A DNA stretch of 64,000 nucleotides, taken from Veleropilina oligotropha. Taxonomy: Eukaryota. Below, one piece after another: positions 1 to 13,600 of this stretch. The DNA is taken from the NCBI GenBank assembly GCA_048128005.1, contig JBEUKZ010000054.1, positions 1,302,001 to 1,366,000 of the forward strand, given 5' to 3'. The notes beneath the pieces are model-generated. The model worked only from the letters and a program-made list of their open reading frames with translations. It was not told where the DNA came from and did not search any database. A program made the translations under genes and the position numbers. How positions within the stretch are numbered: position 1 is the first letter of the stretch; each line of letters opens with the position of its first letter.

Positions 1-779
1 CCATTGCAAAAAATGTAAACTAATTTAAAATATATAGTATAATTATGATAAACTCCGACACTTTATTAGTGTTAGAAATTAATTCTTGTGCAATAACTGT
101 CAATATGGTTAGGAAAATCGTGAATCTAGACAATAGATGTCATAACGTTAACATTGGTTAATCAAGTATAATTCATACAACGCTTACATGTTGTTATGCA
201 TATAATCTCAGCACAATTGTGAAGTACTTAAGTAAAATTAATAGAAACTTAAAAATTCCATATCCTGGCATAAAATGTGCATTCGTTATTCATAATAAGT
301 GGTTTGCGCAGTTTCTGATGATATAGCATGTCTAATATGTGTGTATAACAATATTTTGCGTAAAACACGAAAATGTCACTAAACTTCGCCTTGTCTGCTA
401 ATGCGGCGAGAAAAATCTGGATTGCATTTCGTCGCGGAAGTTGACGTCACGTGTGGATAGATCTGGGGCGAGTATCTGGTGGCATTACTAGCGAGTACTG
501 ATAATTGGAGAGTGAAATGGACGCGACGGAATCGCGTAGTTCATAGACCGATAGTGATGGACATTTTGAACTAAATAATTTATTTGGTGACCAGTTATAT
601 TTTGGAGACAGCGAAGACGACGATAAATCAAATTTTCATACGGCACTGTTTGTTCTCTGTCGTTTCGGACAACATGCACCCACGCTTCGATCGGGTGCCG
701 TGGAAAGTGGCGCTGTTGTCTAATGTCTGCTAGGCGAACTCTGTACCGCGTTTCCTATTGTTGAGTTCGTATTCTTTAA

Positions 780-1041
780 AGGTACTGCCGTTTTCTTAAC
801 ATATAGCTGTCTTTTGAAGCCCACCTTCCACTGCATATTATAACCCCCAAAGTCATCAGGCACTACGAAATGTTCTCCACATACAAGTTAACGGTGGCAA
901 CGCTATGCGACTTCTCTGATCTTGTGTTTCGAATGTATCGTTCCCATTTATGTTGACGATTCCGATTAATAGGAAATAAGTGCATCTAATGTCCCATTAA
1001 GTACTGTTGTTGCAGTTTCCAACTACGCATCTTTTTACCAT
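780..1041 (-). pseudogene. Degraded THAP zinc-finger coding remnant, probably transposon-derived
   Basis: The minus strand reads MVKRCVVGNC...HLFP...KWERYI...LVCGEHF...KTAVP (C2CH plus AVP box), broken by stops and frameshifts. Confidence 0.65.
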
Positions 1042-1474
1042 TTTGAAAATACTGAGTCTGTATAAATTTGTTGTTTACTTATAGGCGCGCAAGTGTGTAT
1101 TGAGATAATGTCATTTCCCTGCAGTCAGACTCTGAGAAACATCTGTTTTCCACATTGACGTCACAAATTGGCCGTTCATAATCAGGTCACAGAAAGGCTC
1201 TGTTTTGGATAGATTTTCTGTCACTTCTCAATTAAATACGACATCAAATTTATCACAGTAAGCAAGATGACCGCATAATAAATCTTTGTAAGTGGTGTTT
1301 GGACAAGTTTTATGTATGAGACCTGGACTTGAATGCAAAGACAAAAAACCAGGGGTCTGCTAACTAATCAAAATAATGTTGACAAGTGGTTATCAAACTT
1401 CCAAATCAACCAATTAATGTTTTGAGATCAAAAGTTTTACTTGAGAAATCAAATCAATTCTCATGATTTTTCAG

Positions 1475-1676
1475 AGCCTTCGCTGTCGGCATTTATGCGA
1501 CCAACAATCCAGAAGCCTGCGAATACATCCTGAAGGACTGCGAGGCCAACATAGCAATCGTGGAAAACGATATGCAGCTGCATAAAGTATTACAAATTCG
1601 CAAGAATTTACCGCATCTCAAGGCCATTGTACAATACAAGGGCAGACTATCCCAGCAGCTGCCCAATTTGTATACG
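1475..1676 (+). CDS. ACSBG2: ACSBG gene A exon a1 (AFAVGIYATNNPEAC...PNLYT)
   Basis: tttttcag acceptor, gtatgt donor, open frame. Confidence 0.9.
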
Positions 1677-4600
1677 GTATGTACTGTCTTCAGTGTTCGA
1701 AATTAACTATTATTTGCTGGCCAGAGGCCACCAAAATCGTCGTCGTGCCAATCAATTTCACTATAAGAAAGTCTGTCGGGCCAATAGATTTTGCGGTAAT
1801 TAAAATTCACAAAGCATCTGTCCAATCAGAAACCAAATATATCGTCATAGCACTTGCCAGGTCGTCGGCTATCATGTCAATAGTTGCGTAATTCTTGAAG
1901 ACGCCAAGTGTACACAACGGATAACGGTCCAGATAGCAAGGTTATAAAGTTGTCAAAATGACTTGCATGTACTTGCAACTGCAGCCACTATGCTCAACTG
2001 AATTAATGCAGTGACATTTGAGTGGTCCAAACATTAATCTAAGATAAAACTAACTTCGTAACTAGAACTAAATTTTGACTGAAGTAGACGCCATGTGCTT
2101 GAAAAGTGTGGTCCGAATGGGATTGTGACAAGTATTATGTATATAAAATATGTCCATATTTTCCACATTTATTAGGAAATATGTACCCTTAGTACTATAA
2201 TTTGCATAGAGTATAAGTTTAATTCAATAAATTTACTTTAATGAGTACACAAATAGTCACTGTTAAACTTAGACGTATTCTAAATCCCAATTCCCAGTTG
2301 AGTCGTCATGTGTGTTATAGGCCAACCCAAAGATTGCCAAATGTCAACAGAGTATAAACTGTTGTAATAAATTACTATAAGTTAGTGGCCGCTTCGGCAG
2401 CGCAGTGGGTAGAGTGTCCACTCTAAATTCACTGGCTTGATTCCACTAATGCGAACAGTAGGGGGTTCAATACCTGGCTGAGGCATTGACATTTGTTCAA
2501 GTTATGAATCACAGTTGTCCGTGACTGGCCGAAGAGGGCGGGTTTACCCCTCGCGACCGGGGTTTCCTCCCGCGATAACACGGACATGTCCTGCCTTGAA
2601 CCTCGATGTTGTAAATATACAGGACATTAAGAATCATTCCTCCCTCCCACTATAAGTTAGTACTTATTGTCCTCTAAACAACATAAGAATTTTTTATTGT
2701 AATAGTGACATTAAGGCAGCTGGCTTTGTTAATAAATACTGTAGTAATTCCATTTTCGAAATGTAAAATCTGCGGGATCGCCAAACAAGGGAGATAATCG
2801 CAAATTTCAAATCGATGCACCAGATAAATCGTTTCATTTTATATTATATATTTGTTAGCAAACAGTGTGTTTGGAGTGTAAATAATAATTAAAAATTTCT
2901 TTAAAATTACAAAAGAAATCTTGCCTGTAACTTATTTTTAATCAATATTTTATTTATGAAATTTGACAATGAAAATAACTGTAATTACAATTTTGGCTAT
3001 GACTGATGACTTTCACTGCAGAGGATAAATACAAAGACAAATAAATTTTAAATGTAATCAACTAAATTATTTGAAATTTTAATTAATCTGACTTTTTGTT
3101 TTTTATATAATATTACCTTACTTATATTTAACAAAATTTGATGGACCTAATCAATCCATTATTATTTAATATTATTGTAAGCTTTTCCCTTAAAGAGACT
3201 ATAGCCCGTAAATGCGCTCTTTCTTTTTTACAAAGAAAGTTAACAGCATGACACTTTTTGTTTATAACATAAAAAGTTAGGAATTTTCAACACTCAACTT
3301 TCGTCAGTAATTTGCTACCGTTTAAATTAATCGCTACTGAATATTTAAAAATAATAAAACGCGGTCCGCGTTTAATTGCCTCGCACAGAGTTCATTTCCA
3401 ATTGACCTAGTTGGATCACAGTTGCGTTGGTTTCTGCTCGTCAAGTAAGATAGCTTTCTCCTTGACAATAACATATATTGCCCAGTTACAATAAAAGTCT
3501 ATCATTTGATCATATATGGATCATATCTTCGCGAAATTTGTATCAATCTGCGCGAACCAGTCGATAGATGGTGTCAGGACAACTCGTGCGAAAGAGCGCA
3601 TTTATGGGCAATAGTCTCTTTAAATTAATTCTTAGATATATGCATCGTCCCATGAATTTTATATTTGCAATCTAGAATTTTTAAATAAGACCATGTAGGA
3701 ATTTGCAACGATGTGAATGCATCACAGTAAAAAATGCTTTTATTTTTGTGATATTTCATGGGAGACGTATATATGAAAAATCAAGAAAAAGAAACCATTT
3801 TTTACTGTGATGTATTTGTAATTGCATACATTGTGTACTCATTATTATCAATATAACTTATTAAAAACATTCCACATCCATAAATCTTTATGAATACTGT
3901 ACAACAACAAAATTAATGATATTTTATTGACAAAAATACAAATAAATAATTTTGTGTATCGATTCTGCAATGACTCGTGACTTATCATGAAGAACACAAA
4001 ATATTATTCATACATAATATTCCATCATTTGACTACTGTATGCAAAACATAAATATAAAACATGAGTTAAAAGACCAATATAAAAATATTGAAAGTTGTA
4101 GTCTGCAGACACTGATTGTACGAATCCACATTTGGACACATTCTTTCATCATCATAATACAGGAGAAGCAATGTTCATCATTATTTACTTGATAATATGT
4201 GTCGAGTAGTCATTACAAATTGCCTCCACCCCTCAGCCTGTGAAGTGAACTTGTATATCCGTACTTTATATTTGCCAGGGAGCTCTCCGATATTCGTGTT
4301 GACTATATATATTAAAATATGGTGAAATGTTAAAGGAAACTCTGGGCCAGTAGATTCATTTGTGGGCCAGTGATTTTTTTACATCACCGGCCTGGATGAC
4401 CAGATGCTTGAAAATTTATTTCCTAACACAGGTCTTGTACTCAGACTACTTCAGGATTGGCGTGGGTCCATACATTCATCTCATTTCTCTCTGTTGTTCA
4501 TGATAAATGTCGCTAGCGGTAGTCGAGCGGATAAGGGTATGGGTTCTGAATTCAATCGCTTGACTGACTGTTAGCATGTGTTAAAATAATGCATAAAATC

Positions 4601-7600
4601 CACCAGAATCTATGCTATTAAGGTTTGTTCAATATATTTCTATTGATGGGGAATACATGGAATAACAAAGCATGTTTTATGAACAAATTGTTGGTTTTAT
4701 TCGTTTGTATGCAAGTTTAGGAATTTAAAAATACTTCATACAATATGTCATATTACAATGCAATAAAAAAAGGAAATAAAATTAAAATGCACACTTTTCT
4801 GGAAAAAATTGCCAGAGAAACTAATATTTTTTTTTAGTTGGCCTTATTAACATGATTGTGCGAATATTCCTCTTGCCGCAGACATTCAAATTATCGCCTT
4901 GACTGATTAACCGTGGTTAAATTATCTTTACCAAAGGCTGTCATCACAATTCATTTAATCCCATCTGATTGGCTGATGTCATATGTTTATCATATTGGTA
5001 TCAATCATCAGCCATCGTCTGCTCGAGAACAATGCTAATATTGTGATCTCAAATTGTTGTTGATGATGTAATTTTAGAACTATTCGGTCAGGCTACTAAC
5101 CGGTATGAAGATAATGCCATGACGAGCAACGTCTTAGCGCTCACGGAACATTGTATACCGTATGCCGTTCAATCTCGTGAATACGTTGATGTCGCACATC
5201 TGCTAACATTATTGCATTTAAAAACTATAAGCTATCATAAACGTCACTTTTTACGTCATTTGCCAATGTGTTGCCTCCTTGTGAAACTAAAAGAAATAAC
5301 TTTTGGCTTGTATTTTGTAGTGGGAAGAGTTTATTGGACTGTCCAGCGAGACCCCAGACTCTGTGTTGGATGAAATCATCAACAATCAGTCGCCAAACTC
5401 ATGTGCATCCCTGATATACACAGTAAGTAGACTCTGTCTTGATGATATCATCAACAATCGATCGCCCAACTCATGTGCGTCGCTGATATACACGGTAAGT
5501 AGATTGTCTTGGATGCTATCATCAACAATCGATCGCCCAACTCATGTGCGTCGCTGATATACACGGTAAGTAGATTGTCTTGGATGCTATCATCAACAAT
5601 CGATCGCCCAACTCATGTGCGTCGCTGATATACACGGTAAGTAGATTGTCTTGGATGCTATCATCAACAATCGATCGCCCAACTCATGTGCGTCGCTGAT
5701 ATATGTAAGTAGATTGTCTTGGATGCTATCATCATCAATCAGTTGCCCAACTCATGTGCATCCCTGATATAAACAGTAATCTCCGACCAGATATGGACAA
5801 CTGTGATTCATAACTGAACAAATAATGTCGTGTCCCAATGGAGAGTCGAACCCACTACTGTTAGAGTCGGCGGAATCAAACTTATGAGTTTCCGAGTCTG
5901 CAACCGAATCCACATGACTGTCGGAGCGACCACATTTAAGTAAGAAAAGTGTACGTAGGCAGTGATGTGGATATGCATGACGCGTGCGTATATTGTTCTC
6001 GTATAGACTACGTCCTGTGTTATATTCAGCAGTGATGTCAATAAGTCTATGAATATTTGTATCCCCAGACTATATCAATAGTCTGGGATAGTATGGTTTA
6101 GTCATCGTTCAGCCGCCCGCAGAGATTTCTTGTGTGCACTCGACCGTGAAAAGTTCTAAACCGTTTTGTGATGAGGACACGCCACCCAGCGATTTTCGTC
6201 GTTTTCCGGTCAAATATGGCCGCCTTGGCGGCTAAATTCTTTGCCGAAATTTCTTGTTCGCGCTCTACAGTGCAAACTTCTAATTACTAAAGCAGACTTA
6301 ACTGGCATAACCCTCCATTGTTCTCTCTTCGTTTTAGTCTGGTACAACGGGTAACCCGAAAGGCGTGATGATTAGCCATGACAACGTGAGTATATCGTGT
6401 TGCCGCAACCATGGCAACTACGTTCCCCGTCTGCTCATTCGACTAGGGCATGAGTAATAATTATCTTTTATCTAACATTAAATTTGTTCATCTGTGTTTC
6501 CTTTAGTGCGGTCATAATGCTCCATTATCGGTTCTCATATATTAACTAGGTTGACTATATTGATGTTTGTTGCAAGCAGTATAAGAGGACCTCGTAACTA
6601 TATACAGCAGAAAACCCATTATCCGAACCTTCCTGTATTCAGAACCAACTTCATGTCCCTGCAAAATATCAGCTTTAGGGAAACGTGGAGGTCTATGATG
6701 TATTCTTTTGCAGGTTTACCAATAACCATTTTCGGATTTAAGCCATTTTGTAATTACAAGTACTGTTTATGTTCGCGAGCTTAATTCAGTGTTTTAAAAA
6801 CAATATAGAATGTTTAGTGCAAGTAGTGTCAGTCATAATCCCTGATTACGGCGGTCGCAAATCATTTCATTAATCACTTGAATTGGTAATGGACTTTCGT
6901 GTCGATCTTTTCATGATAAGTTGAACGACACCAAACTATTTGAATCTGCTGCATTCATACAAACAACTCTATTATCAACCGTTTGTGATTCGAGTTAATG
7001 TCACGTGAGTTCTGTTCACTAACCTATATAACACCACCTATCTGAAACCGGATATTCCGTTCAGTCAAACTTTTATTCGCGTTTGTTCAAATATCGGAAA
7101 AGCGATGTGTAAAGCAAAAGGAGATGTATTAACCTTTCACGAAACATGAGAGACGCTAAAGGCTGTGAAGATATGAACATCGGGTAAACTACAGTTTCCG
7201 ATTTCAAATCACAGAAAGATAACTCAAGAATTTCGCCGTCAAGTATTATTGTTGTGGCAAATGCACGTAGACCTACATGCACATGCAATGATACGGATCG
7301 AAGGAAAGTAAGCGATTAGATGTAAAAATGTAAAACATCAATTCATGTAATATATATTCAGCAGTTTATGAACTTGATTCAATGTATTACGTTTGTTTTC
7401 TCTTAATTAGATTTCAGGACATGTCAGTACACTGTACTATGTTCATGCAATTGGCTATCCAAAACGTTGGTGTTTTTCCGAACTTTGAAATATCCGAACT
7501 ATCTGCCTTTCGCCGAACTACTTTGGATAATGGGGCTTCTGCTGTAAATTACAGTATGCTTTGACCTCGTGACTATATATAGATGTTTGTTTGAAGTATA

Positions 7601-10600
7601 CCTTGACCTCGTGGTTATATATAGATTTTTGTTTGCAGTACACTTGGACGGCGTACTGCGGTATGCTGCCAGTTTCTGTGGGCTTCGCTAGGGGTGTCTT
7701 AGTCTCCTACCTACCACTAAGCCACGTGGCCGGCCAGTTGCTAGACATCTTCATGTCCATCCAGGCGGCATTCTCCATCTACTTCGCAGGTCCGGATGCA
7801 TTGAAGGTAAGGAAACATGACCTCTTAAACTCTGTTTTATGTAACTGGCCTGCCTTCACCTCAATCTGGGGGCCGCTTTGGCAGCGCAGTGGGTAGAGTG
7901 TCCACTCTAACTTCACTGGCTTGATTCCGCTAATGCGAACAGTAGTGGGTTCAATACCTGGCTGAGGCATTGAAATTCGTTCAAGTTATGAATCACAGTT
8001 GTTCGTGACTGGCTGAAGAGGGCGGGTTTACCCGGGCGACTGGGGTTTCCTCCCGCGATAACACGGACATGTCCTGCCTTGAACCTCGATGTTGTAAATA
8101 TACAGGACATTAAGCATCATTCCTCCCTCCCTCACCTCAATCTGATATCGTGTGATATTCAAGAAAGGCCAATACACAGCACTGTAAACATAACGTGTTG
8201 CTCTATATGCTTGATAACGCAGAATGGAGCAAAGCAAATCAAATTTATTTTTCCACGATAAACATTTCTAAATTACTGTTTATATATGTAAAATATTGTC
8301 AAGCGTACAGTTTCAATACAATTTTTGGCCCGCCTACTAAGCAGGGCTCTAGTCGTGGACCGGCGTCGGAGTCCACTGATCGCTTTCTGTCACATACAAT
8401 AGGAACCGCTTGACCTATGCTTTTCATATTTGGTATACACATTGTATACCATCAGGCCTTTCCCAAGTTCAAAGATGGGGTCAAAGGTCAAGGTCATTTT
8501 CGTGTATTTCCAATCTGGACTTGGAAGATTGCTTTCTGTCAAATTGAAGACTAACCGCTAGACCTACACTTTTCATATTTTGTATACACCTTGTATCCAC
8601 CTTGTATCCCATCAGTCCTTGCCTATGTTCAAAGATGTGGTCACTGGGTCATAAGTCAAGGTCGTTTTCGTGTATTTCAAATCTGGACTTGGAAGATTGC
8701 TTTCTGTCAATTACAAGACGAACAGCTGGACCTCCGGTTCTCGGAGACCAAACATGTTAGCCTTCTAATTTTTTTTTTAGATGCGTTGCCTATACTTCAA
8801 ACCTGTGCATGGCTGTAAAATTTTGATCATTTGACCTTTGACCTCTGCGTAGTGACCTTCACAAATTTTCTATATTTAGATTTTTTTTATTTTTCGTATT
8901 TTTTTTCTTTTTTCTGGGCCAAACTATTCCTTTAGGGTTAGTACATCATATAACAAATACGAAAAATGGCCTTTGGTCAAAGGTCAAGGTCACAGAGGTC
9001 AAAATATACTCACAATTTTCAATGTTGTGCGGCCTATATCTCGGCTACCAAACATGTTACCTTGATTTCATGTGTTATGCTAACTACCCTTGTCATACGC
9101 TAGTGCATGGTGGCGAAATTTCACGTGAATGACCTTTGACCTTGTGGCAATGACCTTTGACCCTTAAATTTTGTCCGGGTCGGTTCTCGGAGACCAAACA
9201 TGTTAGCCTTCTAATTTTTTCTTAGATGTGTTGCCCATACTTCAAACCTGTGCATGGCAGTAAAATTTTGATCATTTGACCTTTGACCTCTGCGTAGTGA
9301 CCTTCACAAATTTTCTATATTTAGATTTTTTTATTTTTCGTAATTTTATTATTTTTCGGGGCCAAACTACAGTATTCCTTTAGGGTTAGTACATCATATA
9401 ACAAATACGAAAAATGGCCTTTCGTCAAAGGTCAAGGTAACAGAGGTCAAAATATACTCACAATTTTCAATGTTGTCCGGCCTATATCTCGGCTACCAAA
9501 CATGTTACCTTGATTTCATGTGGTATGCTAACTACCCTTACACAACGGCTCTTTTGTTTTGAAGAGGTTGATATTCAGCGTGAACACCTTGTTTTCAATG
9601 ACGATTCAAAAGTAGGGTGGTATAGCCATACCAACCTACTTTTCACTCTATACTGACCTGCGTCCGTGCAAGACGGCTAAAGCTGATCACAAGCTAAAAT
9701 GACAACAAAGGAGCTCTAATTGGCCGTTGTGTAAGTCGGTTACAAACCTCGTTAGTCGGTATTCATCTATTTGAAAGACCTGCTTCCGTGCTGTAACACC
9801 TCGACCGCTCCGCGGTCTCGGTGTCACGATCCGCACGGGCGCAGGTCTTTCAAATCGATGAATACCTCCAACTCAGTTAGTAACCTATACTTGTCATACG
9901 CTAGTGCATGGTGGCGAAATTTCACGTGAATGACCCTTGACCTTGCGGCAATGACCTTTGACCCTTAAATTTTGTCCGGGCCGGTTCTCGGAGACCAAAC
10001 ATGTTAGCCTTCTAATTTTTTCTTAGATATGTTGCCTATACTTCAAACCTGTGCATGGCAGTAAAATTTTGATCATTTGACCTTTGACCTCTGCGTAGTG
10101 ACCTTCACAAATTTTCTATATTTAGATTTTATGTTTCGTAATTGTTTTATTTTTCGGGGCCAAACTATTCCTTTACGGTTAGTACATCATATAACAAATA
10201 CGAAAATGGCCTTTCGTCAAAGGTCAAGGTAACAGAGGTCAAAATATATTCGCAATTTGCAATGTTGTCCGGTCTATATCTCGGCTACCAAACATGTTAC
10301 CTTGATTTCATATGGTATGCTAACTACCCTATCATACGCTAGTCCATGGTGGCGAAATTTCATGTGAATGACCTTTGACCTTGCGGCAATGACCTTTGAC
10401 CCTTAAATTTTGTCCGGGCCGGTAATGGCCTTTGGTCAAAGGTCATGGTCACAGAGGTCTAAATATACTCACAATTTTTTCTTTCTTTTGAATTATTTTT
10501 TCATCCGAACTTCTTCATGATGGACAGTTAGCACAGTGTTTAGCCAAGGGCTACTGGCAAGGTCAAGATCACAGATTTTATATGGCAGTCTGATTGCTAT

Positions 10601-13600
10601 ATAAGGCTGGGGTTCCTGATAGCCGGGCCGCTGTCTATTTTCATATATGGTATACACCTTGTATCCCATCAGGCCGTGCCTATGTTCAAATATGGGATCA
10701 CTGGGTCAAAGGTCAAGGTCATTTTCGTGTATTTCCGTTCTTGACTTGGAACATTGATTTCTGTCACATAGAAGACAAACCGCTACACCTACACCTTTCA
10801 TATTGGGTATACACCTTGTATCCCATCAGGCCTTGCGTAAGTTCAAATATGGGATCACTGGGTCAAAGGTCAAGGTTATATGAACTATTGTAACATATAT
10901 ACTACTATGAAATTTATTATAGCGTTATTGATTAATTAATCTCTGGATGTATTATATACAAAAGGCGGGCCAGTATGAGGAGCATACCTCTAGTTTCATA
11001 AATAAATGTATATTATCCTGTGGGGGATTTTGGGTAAAAAATCTCTTTAGCCATGTTTTCAGCACGTAAATAATCTACAGCCGCTCCTTTGGAAAGTCAC
11101 TGACTGTTGTGTTGTTGGGTGACCTCAGGGGTGAGGGGTTGGTACATCGGACACCCATTCTAATGCATAAAATAATGGAAGGCATATGAAGAATGGTCGC
11201 AAACAGCGACAACCCCAATGGGTGATGAGGAGGAGGAGGAATGATGCTTAATGTCCTGTATATTTACAACATTGAGGTCCAAGGCAGGACATGTCCGTGT
11301 TATCGCTGGAGGAAACCCCGGTCGCCCGCGTTTACCCGCCCTCTTCGGCCAGGCGCGGACATCTGTGATTCATAACTTGAACAAATGTCAATGCCTCTGC
11401 CAGTTATTGAACCCACTACTGTTCGCATTAGCGGAATCAAGCCAGTGAATTTAGAGTGGACACTCTTGCCCACTGCGCTGCCGAAGCGACCGTGTGGGTG
11501 ACGACAATAGAATTAAAATAAATGTTAAAGCATGTCGTCTGGCCGTTCATCCGTCCGACCGGCGTCAAAATTTTGGGCTTCTCAATCATGCTATATAGGC
11601 AAAAATATGTATGTTTTAGCATTACTATACAAGTGATTGTTGCGCAGTTCCACGCATGCGAGACATTTCGAGCTTTAGCTCTTGTTTGTTATTGTACTTA
11701 TGCAATCATTTTAAAATCGTTTCTAATTGCAGTATGAATTAATGCTTTGTAAATATTAATTTTTATTCAGGGAACGTTAGGAAATACTTTACTAGAAGTG
11801 CGCCCCACGGTATTCTTTGGTGTTCCACGAGTTTGGGAAAAAATAATGGAGAAGATGGTGGAAGCTGGAACTCATGCATCAAGTCTGCGTAAATCCATTG
11901 CCAAGTGGGCCCGTGGAATCGGGATGAAGGCGTACCACAACGAACAGAATGGGTAAGTGGGCCCATGGAATCGGGATGAAGGCGTACCACAATGAACAGA
12001 ATGGGTAAGTGGGCCCGTGGAATCGGGATGAAGGCGTACCACAACGAACAGAATGGGTAAGTGGGCCAGTGGAATCGGGATGAAGGCGTACCACAACGAA
12101 CAGAATGGGTAAGTGGGCCAGTGGAATCGGGATGAAGCCGTACCACAACGAACAGAATGGGTAAGTGGGCCCGTGGAATCTGGATGAAGGCGTACCACAA
12201 CGAACAGAATGGGTAAGTGGGACCGTGGAATCGGGATGAAGGCGTACCACAACGAACAGAATGGGTAAGTGGGTACGTGGAATCGGGATGAAGGCGTACC
12301 ACAACGAACAGAATGGGTAAGTGGGCCCATGGAATCGGGATGAAGGTGTACCACAACGAACATAGTGGGTAAGTGGGCCTGCAGAATCGGGATGAAGGCG
12401 TACCACAACGAACAGAATGGGTAAGTGTGCCCGTGGAATCTGGATGAAAGCATATAACAATGAACAGAATGGGTAAGTGGGCCCATGGAATCGGGATGAA
12501 GGCGTACCACAACGAACAGAATGGGTAAGTGGGCTCGTGGAATCGGGATGAAAGCATATAACAATGAACAGAATGGGTAAGTCGGCCTGTGGATGATGAT
12601 GAATTGATGTTTAACGACCACGCCAATAGTATTTCAGTTATAAATCGGGTCGATCAACTTTGAATGATGAAATGAAGTGGTGCTGTGTGAAATGAAAGCA
12701 GCGATCATTGGAAAAATCCCTGGAACTCCCGGGGCTTGACCCCGTGATCTCCTGTTTTTAGTAGACCAGCACCGTATCCACTCTGCCATGCTGCCCCCCT
12801 CGGCCCGTGAATCAGGATGAAGGCATACCACAACGAACAGAGCAGGTAATTGGGCCGTGCAATGTAGGCGTATCACAACGAACAGAGCAGGTGAGTGGGT
12901 CGCGGAATCGGATTGAAGGTGTACGACAACAAACAAACCAGGTAATGTAATGAAGGCATGCAACAACGACAAGAGAAGGTAAGTGGGCCGCGAGATGATC
13001 GCATACGCAACGAACAGGGCGGGTAAGCGGGCCCGCGGAATGAACGCACATCACAACGAACAGGGCCGGTAAGCGGGACCGCGGAATGAACGCATATCAC
13101 AATGAACAGGGCCGGTAAGCGGGACCGCGGAATGAACGCATATCACAATGAACAGGGCGGGTAAGCGGGCCCGGGGAATGAACACATCACAACGAACAGG
13201 GCCGGTAAGCGGGCCCGCGGAATGAACACATCACAACGAACAGGGCGGGTAAGCGGGCCCGCGGAATGAACACATCACAACGAACAGGGCGGGTAAGCGG
13301 GACCGCGGAATGAATGCATATCACAACGAACAGGGCCGATAAGCGGGACCACGGAATGAACGCATATCACAATGAACAGGGCCGGTAAGCGGGCTCGTGG
13401 AATGAACACATCACAACGAACAGGGCGGGTAAGCATGCCCACAGAATGAACGCACATCACAACGAACAGGGCGGATAAGCGGGCCCGCGGAATGAACACA
13501 TCACAACGAACAGGGCGGGTAAGCGGGCCCGCAGAATGAACGCATATCATAACGAACAGGGCGGGTAAGTGGGCCCGCGGAATGAACACATCACAACGAA

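Larger units (their letters stand above)
1691..4431. mobile_element. Non-autonomous hAT-like element with 5-bp TSD (GTCTT); hosts a SINE and a TTAA MITE
   Basis: Ends CAGTGTTCGAAAT and ATTTCCTAACACAG (imperfect TIR); GTCTT at 1686-1690 and 4432-4436; GGGCCA subterminal motifs. Confidence 0.6.

Noticed and set aside
2387..2480. tRNA gene
   Set aside because: It is the tRNA-like head of a multi-copy SINE with body, tail and TSD; no proper cloverleaf is evident.
11763..12626. Three overlapping long minus-strand ORFs
   Set aside because: Antisense translation of the 52-bp donor array and exon a5.
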